DNA of 64,000 nucleotides, from positions 32,001 to 96,000 of the IMG/VR virus record IMGVR_UViG_3300022924_000016. One strand, written 5' to 3'. Each line of letters begins with the position of its first letter. Position 1 is the stretch's first letter. Source of the stretch: a virus. Shown here piece after piece: positions 9,078 through 19,308 of this stretch. The notes under the pieces are model-generated. The model was not told where the DNA came from. It worked only from the letters and a program-made list of their open reading frames with translations, and searched no databases. The translations under genes were made by a program, and so were the position numbers.

Positions 9078-9109
9078 CTTGTGTATTAAATTATATATTA
9101 ATATCTTTG
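9078..9109 (+). promoter_or_regulatory. Bacteroidota promoter, rightward
   Basis: CTTG-N20-TATCTTTG; divergent from the 9002-9033 promoter at the strand switch. Confidence 0.75.
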
Positions 9110-9113
9110 TATA

Positions 9114-9542
9114 GTGAAGCGTAAATACAATGTAAAGCAAAAATATTATACGAGGTTCATTCTTTTGATAGAAGCGGAATTATTAAGCCAAGACTTTATT
9201 TTAGACAAGAAGAATTTAGATATGAAATACTACCTCAAAGGAGATTATGGAGTTTTCATACCTAAAAAATTAGTTGAAGATTTAGGTCTTGTGATAATCA
9301 CTTACAAAGACTTATCAATCGGATACATAAAATTTGATGATTTCCCCTTTGGTCAAAAACCCGCATTCATTCAAAGAAGAAAAGATTTTTTGCAATCAAT
9401 AAATTCAATAATAGAAACACATAAATATGAACTTGACATTCCCTGGAAAAAAATTAATCGTATCAAACATAAGCTCAGAACCTTTGGGGGGGACATCTTC
9501 CACAGTGCAAGTTTTATTTGCAGGAGAGGATTCCTTCTATAA
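9114..9542 (+). CDS. Hypothetical protein; start uncertain (GTG 9114 or ATG 9222)
   Basis: First ORF after the rightward promoter; overlaps the next gene by 116 nt. Confidence 0.55.
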   Translation: MKRKYNVKQKYYTRFILLIEAELLSQDFILDKKNLDMKYYLKGDYGVFIPKKLVEDLGLVIITYKDLSIGYIKFDDFPFGQKPAFIQRRKDFLQSINSIIETHKYELDIPWKKINRIKHKLRTFGGDIFHSASFICRRGFLL

Positions 9543-9669
9543 GAAAGGGGATAATGTCTTGATTTTTTCTAAGAACGAGCATCCCAAAATAAAATTTAAA
9601 GATATCGACGGACTTTGGATAAGAAACTCTGATTTGGAAGTCGTAGGAAGGGTGGAAGAGAATGAGTAG
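9427..9669 (+). CDS. GroES-like co-chaperonin
   Basis: 80 aa; pattern FPGKKLIV...VQVLFAGEDS.YKKGDNVL...IKFKD..LWIRNSDLEVVG parallels the GroES strands. Confidence 0.55.
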   Translation: MNLTFPGKKLIVSNISSEPLGGTSSTVQVLFAGEDSFYKKGDNVLIFSKNEHPKIKFKDIDGLWIRNSDLEVVGRVEENE

Positions 9670-10039
9670 TCCCGTAGCTTTAAAATTAGACTTTGAGTAC
9701 TCTAATGATTTCAGGTTCATGGACTGCTTGATTTATATGTTTTCAAGGTGCCAAAAAAATTATATCTTATCCAAGACAGAGTGTGAGATTTTAAGGGAGT
9801 ACCTTTTAAGGGGATATTCATCGGAGACTAAAAAGCACATAGTTAAATCTTTGAAGACCACTATAACAAGCGTAAATACTTTGAATTGCAACTTGCAGAA
9901 GAAAGGTTTTCTGATGCCCGATCCAAATAAGCAGATAAACAAAACTTTGAATCCTGAGCTTTTAAAATTAAAGCAGTTTTACGAAACAGACTCGCAAAGA
10001 AAAGTACTGCTTATAAATTTCATAGACGAAAATGTTTAA
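9662..10039 (+). CDS. Winged-helix DNA-binding protein (putative)
   Basis: LSKTECEIL...IVKSLKTTITSVNTLNCNLQKKGFL is a MarR/wHTH-like pattern. Confidence 0.55.
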   Translation: MSSPVALKLDFEYSNDFRFMDCLIYMFSRCQKNYILSKTECEILREYLLRGYSSETKKHIVKSLKTTITSVNTLNCNLQKKGFLMPDPNKQINKTLNPELLKLKQFYETDSQRKVLLINFIDENV

Positions 10040-10424
10040 GGTAAAAGACCCTCTGATAACAGAAGAGATGATTATCCAAAATTACCTGCAAAGAGGAAAT
10101 AAAAAGGATGAAAGGGCGGTGAGAGAAGTGTGGCGGGTCTTAAAGGAGTTCATAAAACAGTCGGGAAAGACTCATACCAAAATAAAAATAGGGAACAGGC
10201 TAGAAATATTCTCCGATTTATATCTGAAAGCTGAAACAAAAGAGTATGAGGGAGAACAGCTTCAATACCTGATGAACAGTTTATACTGCGACAAGCCAAG
10301 AAAGTATGATGAGAACTACCTAATGAATTCAAAGTACCGAGAAAATAACATAGAAGAAATAGTAGAAGATGTGGAAAACTTTTTTAAGAATCCTCCTTTC
10401 AAGAATAAGAAAACAAAAGAGTAA
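10032..10424 (+). CDS. Hypothetical protein, possibly divergent IHF/HU-like
   Basis: Helix-helix followed by IKIGNRLEIF strand; located before the terminase, as IHF-like genes are in crAss-like phages. Confidence 0.4.
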   Translation: MFKVKDPLITEEMIIQNYLQRGNKKDERAVREVWRVLKEFIKQSGKTHTKIKIGNRLEIFSDLYLKAETKEYEGEQLQYLMNSLYCDKPRKYDENYLMNSKYRENNIEEIVEDVENFFKNPPFKNKKTKE

Positions 10425-10677
10425 CAGGAAAATCTCAGAGAGAATAGAAGAATGCCTCAACTGCCCCAAGAACAGCTTGAACATGAAAGAAAGTGAAATA
10501 CCAAAAAGCAAAAAACTTTTAATAAGACTTTCAAACTTCTATTCTCTGATTACAGGACAAAAACACAAAGACAAATTTGGCAATTGCACAGCTTGTCATT
10601 CTTGCTCGGTATATTATAAAGCAAGAGAAGGAGAATGGGAAAATTGCCCCGAAAACAAATGGAAACAATGGAAATAG
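10369..10677 (+). CDS. Cys-rich zinc-binding protein
   Basis: RIEECLNCP...CTACHSC...KAR...CPENKW. Confidence 0.7.
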   Translation: MWKTFLRILLSRIRKQKSNRKISERIEECLNCPKNSLNMKESEIPKSKKLLIRLSNFYSLITGQKHKDKFGNCTACHSCSVYYKAREGEWENCPENKWKQWK

Positions 10678-10976
10678 AACTAATAAACAAAGAAATAGCC
10701 GAATTTACAAAAGACGGTAAAAACCATATTTTAAATTATGGTTATAGGCAAAGGAACAGTGATTTAAAAACCGACCTCAAAATAGAAACTAAAGAAATAA
10801 TCAGCATAGTAGCTACCTGTCCTTGCACAAAGATAACAAAGAACAAGACAGATTACGGATATGATGTTACTTTGGAGTATGATTCAAAAAGGCTGAATGC
10901 TTTTTCAAAAGTTTTGAAGGTAGTCGCGGATAAAAAAGTAATAGCAGAAATAACACTAAGAGGAACAATTTTATAA
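10635..10976 (+). CDS. DUF1573-like Ig-fold protein
   Basis: LNYG, IVATCPCT (cf. V..SCGCT), V.LEYDS, FSKVLKV, ITLRGTI strands. Confidence 0.6.
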   Translation: MGKLPRKQMETMEIELINKEIAEFTKDGKNHILNYGYRQRNSDLKTDLKIETKEIISIVATCPCTKITKNKTDYGYDVTLEYDSKRLNAFSKVLKVVADKKVIAEITLRGTIL

Positions 10977-11299
10977 TGGATAAAATAGGAATTGTAGATA
11001 AAATATTAATGTTGTATCAGCAAAGAGACAATTTCAGGTTAAGACATGAGTATGAAAATGAAGATTCTAATTTTAGAGAAAGTTATGTCGGTATAACGAA
11101 TGATGAAGATTTCTATAGTTGGAGAAAATCTCAAAAAATAAAAACAGAAAGGTTTTATGAAGACAGTCTTATATACGCCCATAATGAATTAGATAACCTT
11201 GTAATAGAAGAAACCTTAATAGAAAATATAAGTTTGAAGCATTTGAAAGAGTTAAAAGACAATTTACTAAATACCTACAAGAAAATTAATAAATTATAA
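10976..11299 (+). CDS. Hypothetical protein
   Basis: 107-aa ORF with TAATG coupling. Confidence 0.7.
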   Translation: MDKIGIVDKILMLYQQRDNFRLRHEYENEDSNFRESYVGITNDEDFYSWRKSQKIKTERFYEDSLIYAHNELDNLVIEETLIENISLKHLKELKDNLLNTYKKINKL

Positions 11300-11763
11300 T
11301 GGGAGTAACAAAGGAAGATATTGAAGAATTATATCAAGATGCCAAGAAATTAGATATGATAATTGAGGACAAAACAAAGTTAGATGAATTTTTAAATATA
11401 TCTGAAAAAGAGAGAATTACAAGTAAAATATACAATTTAGAACAGGAAAAGAATTTGTTATTAGCAAAGTCATTTTTAATAATGGCTACAACTTGTGAAG
11501 CAATAGGTGTATACAAAGAAGAAGTTTGTCTTTATGGAGATAATATGGAGTTATTAGCTAGAGCCTCTATTAAAAACTATAAGGTTGAGGGCACAATTAA
11601 TAAAGTCCGTAGTTATAAAATAGGAGATGGTTATTTTTTTAAAATTTTAGATGAAAAATTAATTCAAGAGTTTGAGAATACTTTTATACACAAAGCAAAA
11701 TTAGACCAAGAACAAAAATTACTAGAAGAGGTAAAAGAACTGTATAACAAAATAAAAAAATAA
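11299..11763 (+). CDS. Hypothetical protein
   Basis: 154-aa ORF with TAATG coupling. Confidence 0.7.
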   Translation: MGVTKEDIEELYQDAKKLDMIIEDKTKLDEFLNISEKERITSKIYNLEQEKNLLLAKSFLIMATTCEAIGVYKEEVCLYGDNMELLARASIKNYKVEGTINKVRSYKIGDGYFFKILDEKLIQEFENTFIHKAKLDQEQKLLEEVKELYNKIKK

Positions 11764-12023
11764 TGGAAGAAACAAATTTCAAAGGAAACCTGCATACAGT
11801 TCTAGGAGATATATTTACAAAGTATCCCGAAGTACCCACAGCTCACGTATTATATTCAATCTTGCACAAAAGCAATTTCAAAGGCAGTCATTTTTTTGAT
11901 ATGAATGATGAAAGACTTTATGCTTCGGCGGAAAAATTTCTAAAATATGGAGATTTAGAAGATGAACAATATACGGACGAAGAATGGGAACAATGGAGAG
12001 CAAGTAAATTTCAAGGGGTATGA
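11763..12023 (+). CDS. Hypothetical protein
   Basis: 86-aa ORF with TAATG coupling. Confidence 0.7.
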   Translation: MEETNFKGNLHTVLGDIFTKYPEVPTAHVLYSILHKSNFKGSHFFDMNDERLYASAEKFLKYGDLEDEQYTDEEWEQWRASKFQGV

Positions 12024-12193
12024 TAAATAAACTTGACATTAATAGTAAAAATAGCCAAATAAAAGAAATCTACAATAACGAGGGGTTTGAAATGTTAAAT
12101 TATATTGAAGAAGGATTAAAAAACACGCATGATACGGAATTTGATGATGCAATAAAGTATATCTATGAATTAAGAAATAAGTATTCAAAATAA
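12020..12193 (+). CDS. Hypothetical protein, 57 aa (MINKLDINSKNSQIKEIYNNEGFEML...)
   Basis: Hand translation; ATGA overlap with the upstream gene; stop 1 nt before the next ATG. Confidence 0.6.
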   Translation: MINKLDINSKNSQIKEIYNNEGFEMLNYIEEGLKNTHDTEFDDAIKYIYELRNKYSK

Positions 12194-12194
12194 T

Positions 12195-12614
12195 ATGACG
12201 GAACAATTAAAAAATAAATTTGAAGAAAAATACAAGTCTTGGAAAGCCTATACAAACTACATTGAATCAAACCAAGAACAGTTAAAAGAAAAACAGAAAG
12301 ACTTCTCTAAAAGAGTTGTAAACATCACCACAAAGGAACAGATGGAAGAACTCTTCAAACTTCAAGGAGAGCCAGGAAAACATCTTTCAGACCATACAAA
12401 TCTCTCAAATGACTTAGTTTTGCTTTATAGTTTGTTCACAGATAAGTCAGAATTCCCGCAAGAAGTAAAAGACGACATGGAAAAGCTAGGAACAAGAAAA
12501 TTATACTATATCGTAACAGACGGAAAGCTTGTCAAGATAAATGAAGAAATCCATGAAATCGCAAAAGAGCATTTCTACCAAACAATGCAAAACGTTTTGA
12601 CACTTGGAAAATAG
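12195..12614 (+). CDS. Hypothetical helical protein immediately upstream of the terminase
   Basis: 139-aa ORF overlapping the TerL start. Confidence 0.7.
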   Translation: MTEQLKNKFEEKYKSWKAYTNYIESNQEQLKEKQKDFSKRVVNITTKEQMEELFKLQGEPGKHLSDHTNLSNDLVLLYSLFTDKSEFPQEVKDDMEKLGTRKLYYIVTDGKLVKINEEIHEIAKEHFYQTMQNVLTLGK

Positions 12615-15600
12615 TAGCAACGAGCAGATTGATGAGTTCATAAAAAGAAATAGTCCCCGATTCAAGAAGTGGAAACAGCATTTAGATGATTTCGATTGGA
12701 GCAAGGACGTTCACCTTTTATTTATAGAAGAAAAAGACATAGTTATGTTCGGAAAGACGGCGAACTATGAGCACGAATTTTATCAAAAAGATAATGAATT
12801 TAGAGTACAGGTCGGTTTAGTTAAGAAAATACTAGACCGACTTAAGTTTTTTATAGACAAGTCAAAAGGAGATTATAAAAATCCCAAGTTCAAGGCATTT
12901 TTCAAACTCGCCACAAACATAATAAGCATCCACCTAAAAAGATGTGACAAGTATTCCTTAGAAATTGACGAGACGGATATAAAAATCCACGATCTGAGAA
13001 GCAAGGAAGCAAAGTTCAATTCAGAAGTATTCGCAGAATATTCAAAAGTTGACAGCACTCTAAGTTCATACGGCTTCGTTGAAGAGGAAGATAAAGGCTC
13101 AGACTATATTGAGTTCTTTGATAACAAGAAAGCTTCTCTAGCAGTCTATAAAGAGGTTGTCAGAGATTTTCCCGCAGTAAAGGAGAAGATGAAAACAATG
13201 AAAATTGATTTTGACTCTTTAGCTCCCCAAAACTTACACATATTAAATGAAAACCCACCGATATGGAATCCAGAAAAACACTTCTGGGAGCAGGAAAAAG
13301 AAACAGTTCAATATTATGTGGATGAGTTAAAAAAGATAGAAGACGGAGTAGAGATTGACGGAGTTTACTTTGATGGATGGATATACTACCACATAAATCA
13401 TTTCAGAGTTAAGTATCCAACAACAGTAATGGTTAATGGGCATCCAAAATCTAAAGATGTTACAGGTAGACCCCCTTTAAGGGACAATGAGTGGATTATG
13501 TCTGAATATTTTATTAAGGCTAGTCGAGAACAGGGTTATGCACTTATCGCTGCCACAAGACGTGCCGCTAAGACAACTTTAAATGCGTCTCGTGTTGAGA
13601 GGGCTAAAGTTCTTGGTAGAATGGGTATATTATTAGCAGGCGGGTCTTCCTCAGATTTAGGTCAGATTATTGATAATTGTAAGGTCAATATGGATAATTG
13701 TGAACCAGCCTTTGCATTAGATTCTTTAGGGGAAACTAAAGAAGGTAAGGGAGAAGAATTTGGTATTAGAACGAAAGACAATAAACGTAAACGACATGCT
13801 GCTTTATATGTTAAAAATCTCGACGGAGGAACTAATAAGAAAAAAGGTGAATCCTTAGCAGGATTCACTATTGATGAATTTATTTTAGATGAGGCTTTCA
13901 AATTTCCTTTTATGAATCAACTACAAGGATTGGAACCAGCTTTGTTTGGAGAAGGTGTAATGAGAGCAACGCCATTACTAACAGCTTGTGTTTGTGCGGG
14001 AACTAAGGTTTGGAATAACGAAGGTAATTTAGTAAATATAGAAGATTTAAAACAAGATGATGGAATTGTAGGTTTTGATATAATTGAAGAAAAAATATCA
14101 AAAGAAAACATAACTTACTGGCAAAAACCTATTGAAAAAGAATGTTATAGATTGACAACAAATAAAGGAAGAATTCTTGAATGTAGTCATGATCATCCTA
14201 TATTAACTCGTACAAGAGATGCTTGGGATTTCAGAAAAGGTAGAGATAAACCTTTTAGAAAAATGTTTTTTGACAAGACTGAAAATTTAAAAGTAGGTCA
14301 AAATATAGGAACTGTTGAAAACATTCCAATCGAAGGTAATAATAGAATGTGGAATCCAAGACTGGTGGGACTTTTAATAGGAGATGGAAGTTATGGTAAA
14401 GATAAAACACCTATTTTATCCAACTGTGATGAAGAGGTAAATTCATATATCTCTAACAATTTTGATTGTATAGTAGAAAGGGAAAGGCTTACTTTAGATG
14501 GAAAACATTATAAAGAGACAAGAATAAAAGGAATAACTAAAGAATTAAGAAACTTAGGTATATATGGACAAACTAAAAATAATAAAAGATTGCCATTAAA
14601 CGTACATTCTTATAGAAACGAAGATATTTATGAATTGGTTGCAGGACTAATAGATTCCGATGGACACGTAAGCATATCAAAAAATAATGCTACTATTGGA
14701 GTAACTTTTTCAGGAATAGAATTAACAAGAGAATTACAGCTCTTGTTACAGAAAATAGGAATACATTCTAATATACAAAAAAAGATGCCGAGTAAAAGTA
14801 GCTATGGTACAAATCCATATTATACTCTACAAATATTAGACAGAGATAGTATATTAGTTTTTTGCGAAAAAATAAAATTATTAATTAAGTATAAGCAAAT
14901 TAATTTAGAGAGATTAATTGATATCTATAAACACAGGAAGAGTGGGGCAAAACAAAAAAATTTAAAGAATATAAGATTTGAAAATATAGTAAGTATAGAA
15001 AATATAGGTCTCAAACCTGTATATAATTTAACTGCTGAAAATACTAACACCTATATTGCAAATGGGATAATAACACATAATACAGGAGGCGATGACGAAT
15101 TAGCAGCAGACGGTATAAAAATGTTGAGCAATCCTGAAGCAAATAAGGTGATTTTAATGAATTGGGATGACTTGAATAGAGGTGTTCCTAGCGAGCACAA
15201 AACTTGGACTGAAAGACCTTTTGGACTATTTTTACCAGGTCAAATGTCGATTAGATTCGGCCAAAAGAATGCTATGACTATGAGTGACTATTTAGGCTTA
15301 AAAGCTGAAAATTGTCCTAGTCTCTCAAAACTTATAATAGGCGTTACTGATTGGAAAAAAACACTTGACAATATAAATATAGAGAGAGATAATAAAGTTA
15401 GCGATAAAAAAGCTTATGTTAAATTACTTGCTTATCATCCAATAGACCCCTCTGAAATATTTCTTTCGGGTAAAGTTAATCCCTTTCCTGTTGCAGAAGC
15501 AAAAGCTCACAGAAAATATTTATGGGAATCAGGATTGTGGGATAGACGTAGAGAACTCTACAAGGATTCAAATGGAAAGATACAAGTAGAACTTTCGCAG

Positions 15601-16404
15601 AGACCCTTGATTGAATACCCGTATAAAGGAGTGATGGATGCACCATTTATGATTTTTGAAAACCCTCCTGAAAACAAAGTACCGATAGGTACATACACTG
15701 CTGGATTTGATGATTATAAGCAAGAAGACTCAGACACTGATTCCGTTGCTACCTTTTATGTTTGGAAGAATGAAATATTAGGTGATCCATTCTCTAAAAA
15801 AATTGTAGCTTCTCTTTCCATAAGACCTCTAAAGCATAAAACAGTTTGGGAAAAATGGTTATTATTGATGGAAGCTTATCAGTTAGAGACAACTTGCTTC
15901 GGTGAGAATGAAGATTTTAAAATTAAAGACTTCTTAGACAATAGACAATTAACTGAAAAATATTTAGCCAATAGCTTAGACTTCACTTCAAGTTTCAATA
16001 GACCTAATAATGAAAAGCGTAAATTTGGGTGGACTCCTAGGGCAGTAAAGAGATTCATATTTGACTTTTTTGTTGAATACTGTAATGAAACTTTCGACAT
16101 AGAAGTTGAAGATAAACAGACAGGTGAGATTAAAATAGTCGAATTAAAAGGAGTACAAAGAATAGACGATATCTACCTTTTAGATGAAATCATTTCTTAT
16201 CAGGAAAATGCCAACGTCGATAGGATTATCGGGGCAATGGGTGGTTATGCTTATTTAGAATATTTGATAAAAGCTTTGCATTGGGTGCCCTCAAAATCCT
16301 TCGATAGGTTTAAGGGAAGAAAAGAAGAAGCCAGAAAAGAAATACAAAGAACAAAGTCTTTCTACCAAAAAAATCTAAAACCGACTTACCGATCAAGACG
16401 TTAA
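12604..16404 (+). CDS. terL: Terminase large subunit (about 901-aa extein) interrupted by an intein
   Basis: Walker A ATRRAAKTT, Walker B FILDE, coupling motif LLTA|TGG, RNase H-like AGFDDY and NVDRI; immediately precedes the portal. Confidence 0.92.
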   Translation: MENSSNEQIDEFIKRNSPRFKKWKQHLDDFDWSKDVHLLFIEEKDIVMFGKTANYEHEFYQKDNEFRVQVGLVKKILDRLKFFIDKSKGDYKNPKFKAFFKLATNIISIHLKRCDKYSLEIDETDIKIHDLRSKEAKFNSEVFAEYSKVDSTLSSYGFVEEEDKGSDYIEFFDNKKASLAVYKEVVRDFPAVKEKMKTMKIDFDSLAPQNLHILNENPPIWNPEKHFWEQEKETVQYYVDELKKIEDGVEIDGVYFDGWIYYHINHFRVKYPTTVMVNGHPKSKDVTGRPPLRDNEWIMSEYFIKASREQGYALIAATRRAAKTTLNASRVERAKVLGRMGILLAGGSSSDLGQIIDNCKVNMDNCEPAFALDSLGETKEGKGEEFGIRTKDNKRKRHAALYVKNLDGGTNKKKGESLAGFTIDEFILDEAFKFPFMNQLQGLEPALFGEGVMRATPLLTACVCAGTKVWNNEGNLVNIEDLKQDDGIVGFDIIEEKISKENITYWQKPIEKECYRLTTNKGRILECSHDHPILTRTRDAWDFRKGRDKPFRKMFFDKTENLKVGQNIGTVENIPIEGNNRMWNPRLVGLLIGDGSYGKDKTPILSNCDEEVNSYISNNFDCIVERERLTLDGKHYKETRIKGITKELRNLGIYGQTKNNKRLPLNVHSYRNEDIYELVAGLIDSDGHVSISKNNATIGVTFSGIELTRELQLLLQKIGIHSNIQKKMPSKSSYGTNPYYTLQILDRDSILVFCEKIKLLIKYKQINLERLIDIYKHRKSGAKQKNLKNIRFENIVSIENIGLKPVYNLTAENTNTYIANGIITHNTGGDDELAADGIKMLSNPEANKVILMNWDDLNRGVPSEHKTWTERPFGLFLPGQMSIRFGQKNAMTMSDYLGLKAENCPSLSKLIIGVTDWKKTLDNINIERDNKVSDKKAYVKLLAYHPIDPSEIFLSGKVNPFPVAEAKAHRKYLWESGLWDRRRELYKDSNGKIQVELSQRPLIEYPYKGVMDAPFMIFENPPENKVPIGTYTAGFDDYKQEDSDTDSVATFYVWKNEILGDPFSKKIVASLSIRPLKHKTVWEKWLLLMEAYQLETTCFGENEDFKIKDFLDNRQLTEKYLANSLDFTSSFNRPNNEKRKFGWTPRAVKRFIFDFFVEYCNETFDIEVEDKQTGEIKIVELKGVQRIDDIYLLDEIISYQENANVDRIIGAMGGYAYLEYLIKALHWVPSKSFDRFKGRKEEARKEIQRTKSFYQKNLKPTYRSRR
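13987..15081 (+). mobile_element. 365-aa intein with LAGLIDADG homing endonuclease
   Basis: N-terminal CVCAGTKV, block B CSHDHPIL, LAGLIDADG motifs LVGLLIGDG and LVAGLIDSDG, block F PVYNLT, C-terminal IITHN followed by Thr+1. Confidence 0.96.
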
Positions 16405-16424
16405 GTTAATAGAAAATTTACACT

Positions 16425-16456
16425 TTTGGTAGATTCCTATTAAAGAGTTAAATTTG
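16425..16456 (+). promoter_or_regulatory. Bacteroidota promoter upstream of the portal gene
   Basis: TTTG-N20-TAAATTTG. Confidence 0.8.
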
Positions 16457-16476
16457 CAGATATTTTATATAACCCA

Positions 16477-19308
16477 ATGGCAAAATACGAAGGCGAGTTA
16501 GCCAATTTTAATATAATTGATGGCGGAATAGGAAACTCAATTCCTATCCAATACCTCCCAAAAAACAAGAAAACTACAGATTGGAAAAAAGCAACTGTGG
16601 ATTCTATTTGTAATTATGGGAACAGAATGCTTGCAAGAAATAGAAAGTTTGCTGAGTATAGGAAAATGAAAGATGGTGAGTACACAGGAATGGCTACCGA
16701 TTTCATAAGAGAGTTTCAAGATGAATTTGAAATATTTGGAGATGACGATTTCAATAAGAGCGGAGCACCTGAATGGGTAAGGCATTATGATTTTACAGCT
16801 ATTATTTTAAATGCGTTTGTATCTGTTTTCCAGGAACTTGACGATAAATACAGAATCGAAAGTGAAGATGAGTATTCAACAAATGAGTTTCTTAGATTCA
16901 AAAACGAACAGATAAGAAAAAATGCTGAACTTTTATTTGCTGAAGAATTAGAAAGAATGCTTCTTTTAAAAGGAGTAGATGTAAACAAGTCAGATTTCCA
17001 ATCAGAGGAAGAGCAAGCACAGTACCAAGAATATGTAGACCAAGAAGTAAAATCCCTAACACCTGATGAAATTGAGAAATTTGTTGCAAAAGGATTCAAA
17101 GTCTTGGCAGTTGAGTGGGCGCAGAATAAATTAACAGCAGACAAAAAAGACTTCAATTTCACAGAACTTGACAAAGAACAGTTCATGGATATGCTGTTAT
17201 CAGGCAGATATTTCAGACACTATAAAGTTAAATTCGATACTTATGACATAGAAAGATGGTCTCCTGAAGAAACTTATTTCTCCGCGGAAGTTGATACAAA
17301 ATTACCGCAGAAAGAAGAATTTATAGGAAGAAGACGATTTATGTCCAATTCTAGCATCATAAATACTTACGGTCATATAATGTCGCCAAAGATGATTAAG
17401 GACATAAGTGAGTATTGGGGGTCTGAAAAAACTTATAAAAATTACGGTTTTGGAAGCTATTCAGGAGAATTCTTTACCTCTGATTATAAAAAAGCTTTGA
17501 TACCTCAGCCAGTAGTTACTCCTTTTCATAATTATTTTGAACACAAATTCTTAGAGAAGCTAGAGGATGCTACAGGATTCCCCACAGGAATTACGACAAC
17601 AGTAGATGAAGAAGGAGAAGAACATTCTTTCAGAAGCTTCGTACCGAGAGAAGAATACGGATATTCAGCTAACCGACCAAAAGGCTATCTAAGGCACGAC
17701 ATAGAAGTCAGAAGAGATTCTATTCAAGTGGATGAAGGATATTGGAGAAGCTACAAGCAGATGGGTATCTTGATTTTTGAGAATCAGTATGGGCAGGTAG
17801 AATTGAGCATAGTAGATGAAGAACTTTTAAAAGGATTCCTAGAAAAAAACGAAATAAAAAAATTAACTACAAAAAGCATATCTGAAATAAAAAAAGCTTT
17901 TGAAAGCCAGGACTTTTCAGATTATATAAATACAATAACTTATTTCCCCCAACCAGAGTCTTGGAAATTCGTAAGAATAAAAGGTAACGGGTTTACTATC
18001 AAAGATGATTTATATTTAGACGTAGCACCAACAGATTTTCAGATAAAAGGCACAGACGGAAACTTATTTGACGTTCTATTGCCAGTATCAGGACTTATAT
18101 CGACAGGAGTAATTCCACACATCATAAATGAGCAGATTGGGTATAATATCCAAATGAACGGCATTACCGAACTTACAATGGATGAGTTAGGAGTTATCTT
18201 TGCTTTGGACGTTACGGGTATTCCTGATGAATATAAAGGGGAGAGTACTATGGAAGCTCTAAATGGTATGTGGGATGCCGCAAGAGCAACAAAACTTATG
18301 CCTTTGGATTTAAGCCGTCAAAATACGCAAGGCAACTCTCCAAACGTATTTCAAAGACAAGACTTGTCATTTACGGATATGATAACCGCTAAATGGAACT
18401 TTGCTAGAAATTATAAACAGGAAGCTTTTAATAAATTAGGCATTTCAGCAGAGATTCTAGGAGCTCCACAAGCCTACGCAACAGCAGAAGGAGTAAAACA
18501 GGGAGTTAATGGATCAATGGCTTTAATGTCACCGTATTTTGACAAATTCAATTATGGAAAGACAGAAGGCATAAACTTTCACTTGGCATTTTCACAATTC
18601 TGCGAGTACAAAGGAATACGAAAATCATCCATTTATAGAAATTCTGATGGAGACACTTACTATCTTGATATTATGAAAGAGGATGGTGAGATATTCCCCC
18701 TAAGAAAATTAGGAATAGTTGCCGAAACAGATAATAAAGACAGAAAAATTGTAGAGACAATCAGAAACGTGGTAATGAATAATAACACCATAGTAAATGA
18801 TTTGGATGATATGATTACTTTGTTCACCAATCCTGTGCTTGCTGAGTTAAAATCGGCCGCACAAGAAATGAAGAAAAGAAAAGAAGCTCAAGGACAATTA
18901 GATTTTGAAAGACAACAACAGCTTAACCAACAGAATATAGACGCACAATCTCAGGCAATAGATAAAGACTACGCTCACGAGAAAGAGATAACGGCAATGA
19001 AGATCCAAGGAGATAATGAAGAGAAATATATCGATGCAATGGGCAGAGCGGCCGATAAAACTTCAAATACCGATGGTTATGACAGGATTGAAAAAGCCTA
19101 TAACCAATCAATACAAGACGATTTCCAAAAAGCAAACCTCTTGATAAAGAATGATGACGTAAATAGAAAATTAATAGCCGATGATAACAATAAGGCGGCT
19201 AAAATGCAAGAATTGGGTCTTAAGGCTAGAGAAATCGCCCTAAAAGAAAGAGCCTTAGCTGTTAAGGAAAGAATAGCACTCACACCAAAAACAGTTAATG
19301 TAATTTAA
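16477..19308 (+). CDS. Portal protein (crAss-like, 943 aa)
   Basis: Position after TerL; N-terminal Q.LP..KKT.DW.KA.VD; long Q/E/K-rich C-terminal coiled-coil barrel. Confidence 0.85.
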   Translation: MAKYEGELANFNIIDGGIGNSIPIQYLPKNKKTTDWKKATVDSICNYGNRMLARNRKFAEYRKMKDGEYTGMATDFIREFQDEFEIFGDDDFNKSGAPEWVRHYDFTAIILNAFVSVFQELDDKYRIESEDEYSTNEFLRFKNEQIRKNAELLFAEELERMLLLKGVDVNKSDFQSEEEQAQYQEYVDQEVKSLTPDEIEKFVAKGFKVLAVEWAQNKLTADKKDFNFTELDKEQFMDMLLSGRYFRHYKVKFDTYDIERWSPEETYFSAEVDTKLPQKEEFIGRRRFMSNSSIINTYGHIMSPKMIKDISEYWGSEKTYKNYGFGSYSGEFFTSDYKKALIPQPVVTPFHNYFEHKFLEKLEDATGFPTGITTTVDEEGEEHSFRSFVPREEYGYSANRPKGYLRHDIEVRRDSIQVDEGYWRSYKQMGILIFENQYGQVELSIVDEELLKGFLEKNEIKKLTTKSISEIKKAFESQDFSDYINTITYFPQPESWKFVRIKGNGFTIKDDLYLDVAPTDFQIKGTDGNLFDVLLPVSGLISTGVIPHIINEQIGYNIQMNGITELTMDELGVIFALDVTGIPDEYKGESTMEALNGMWDAARATKLMPLDLSRQNTQGNSPNVFQRQDLSFTDMITAKWNFARNYKQEAFNKLGISAEILGAPQAYATAEGVKQGVNGSMALMSPYFDKFNYGKTEGINFHLAFSQFCEYKGIRKSSIYRNSDGDTYYLDIMKEDGEIFPLRKLGIVAETDNKDRKIVETIRNVVMNNNTIVNDLDDMITLFTNPVLAELKSAAQEMKKRKEAQGQLDFERQQQLNQQNIDAQSQAIDKDYAHEKEITAMKIQGDNEEKYIDAMGRAADKTSNTDGYDRIEKAYNQSIQDDFQKANLLIKNDDVNRKLIADDNNKAAKMQELGLKAREIALKERALAVKERIALTPKTVNVI

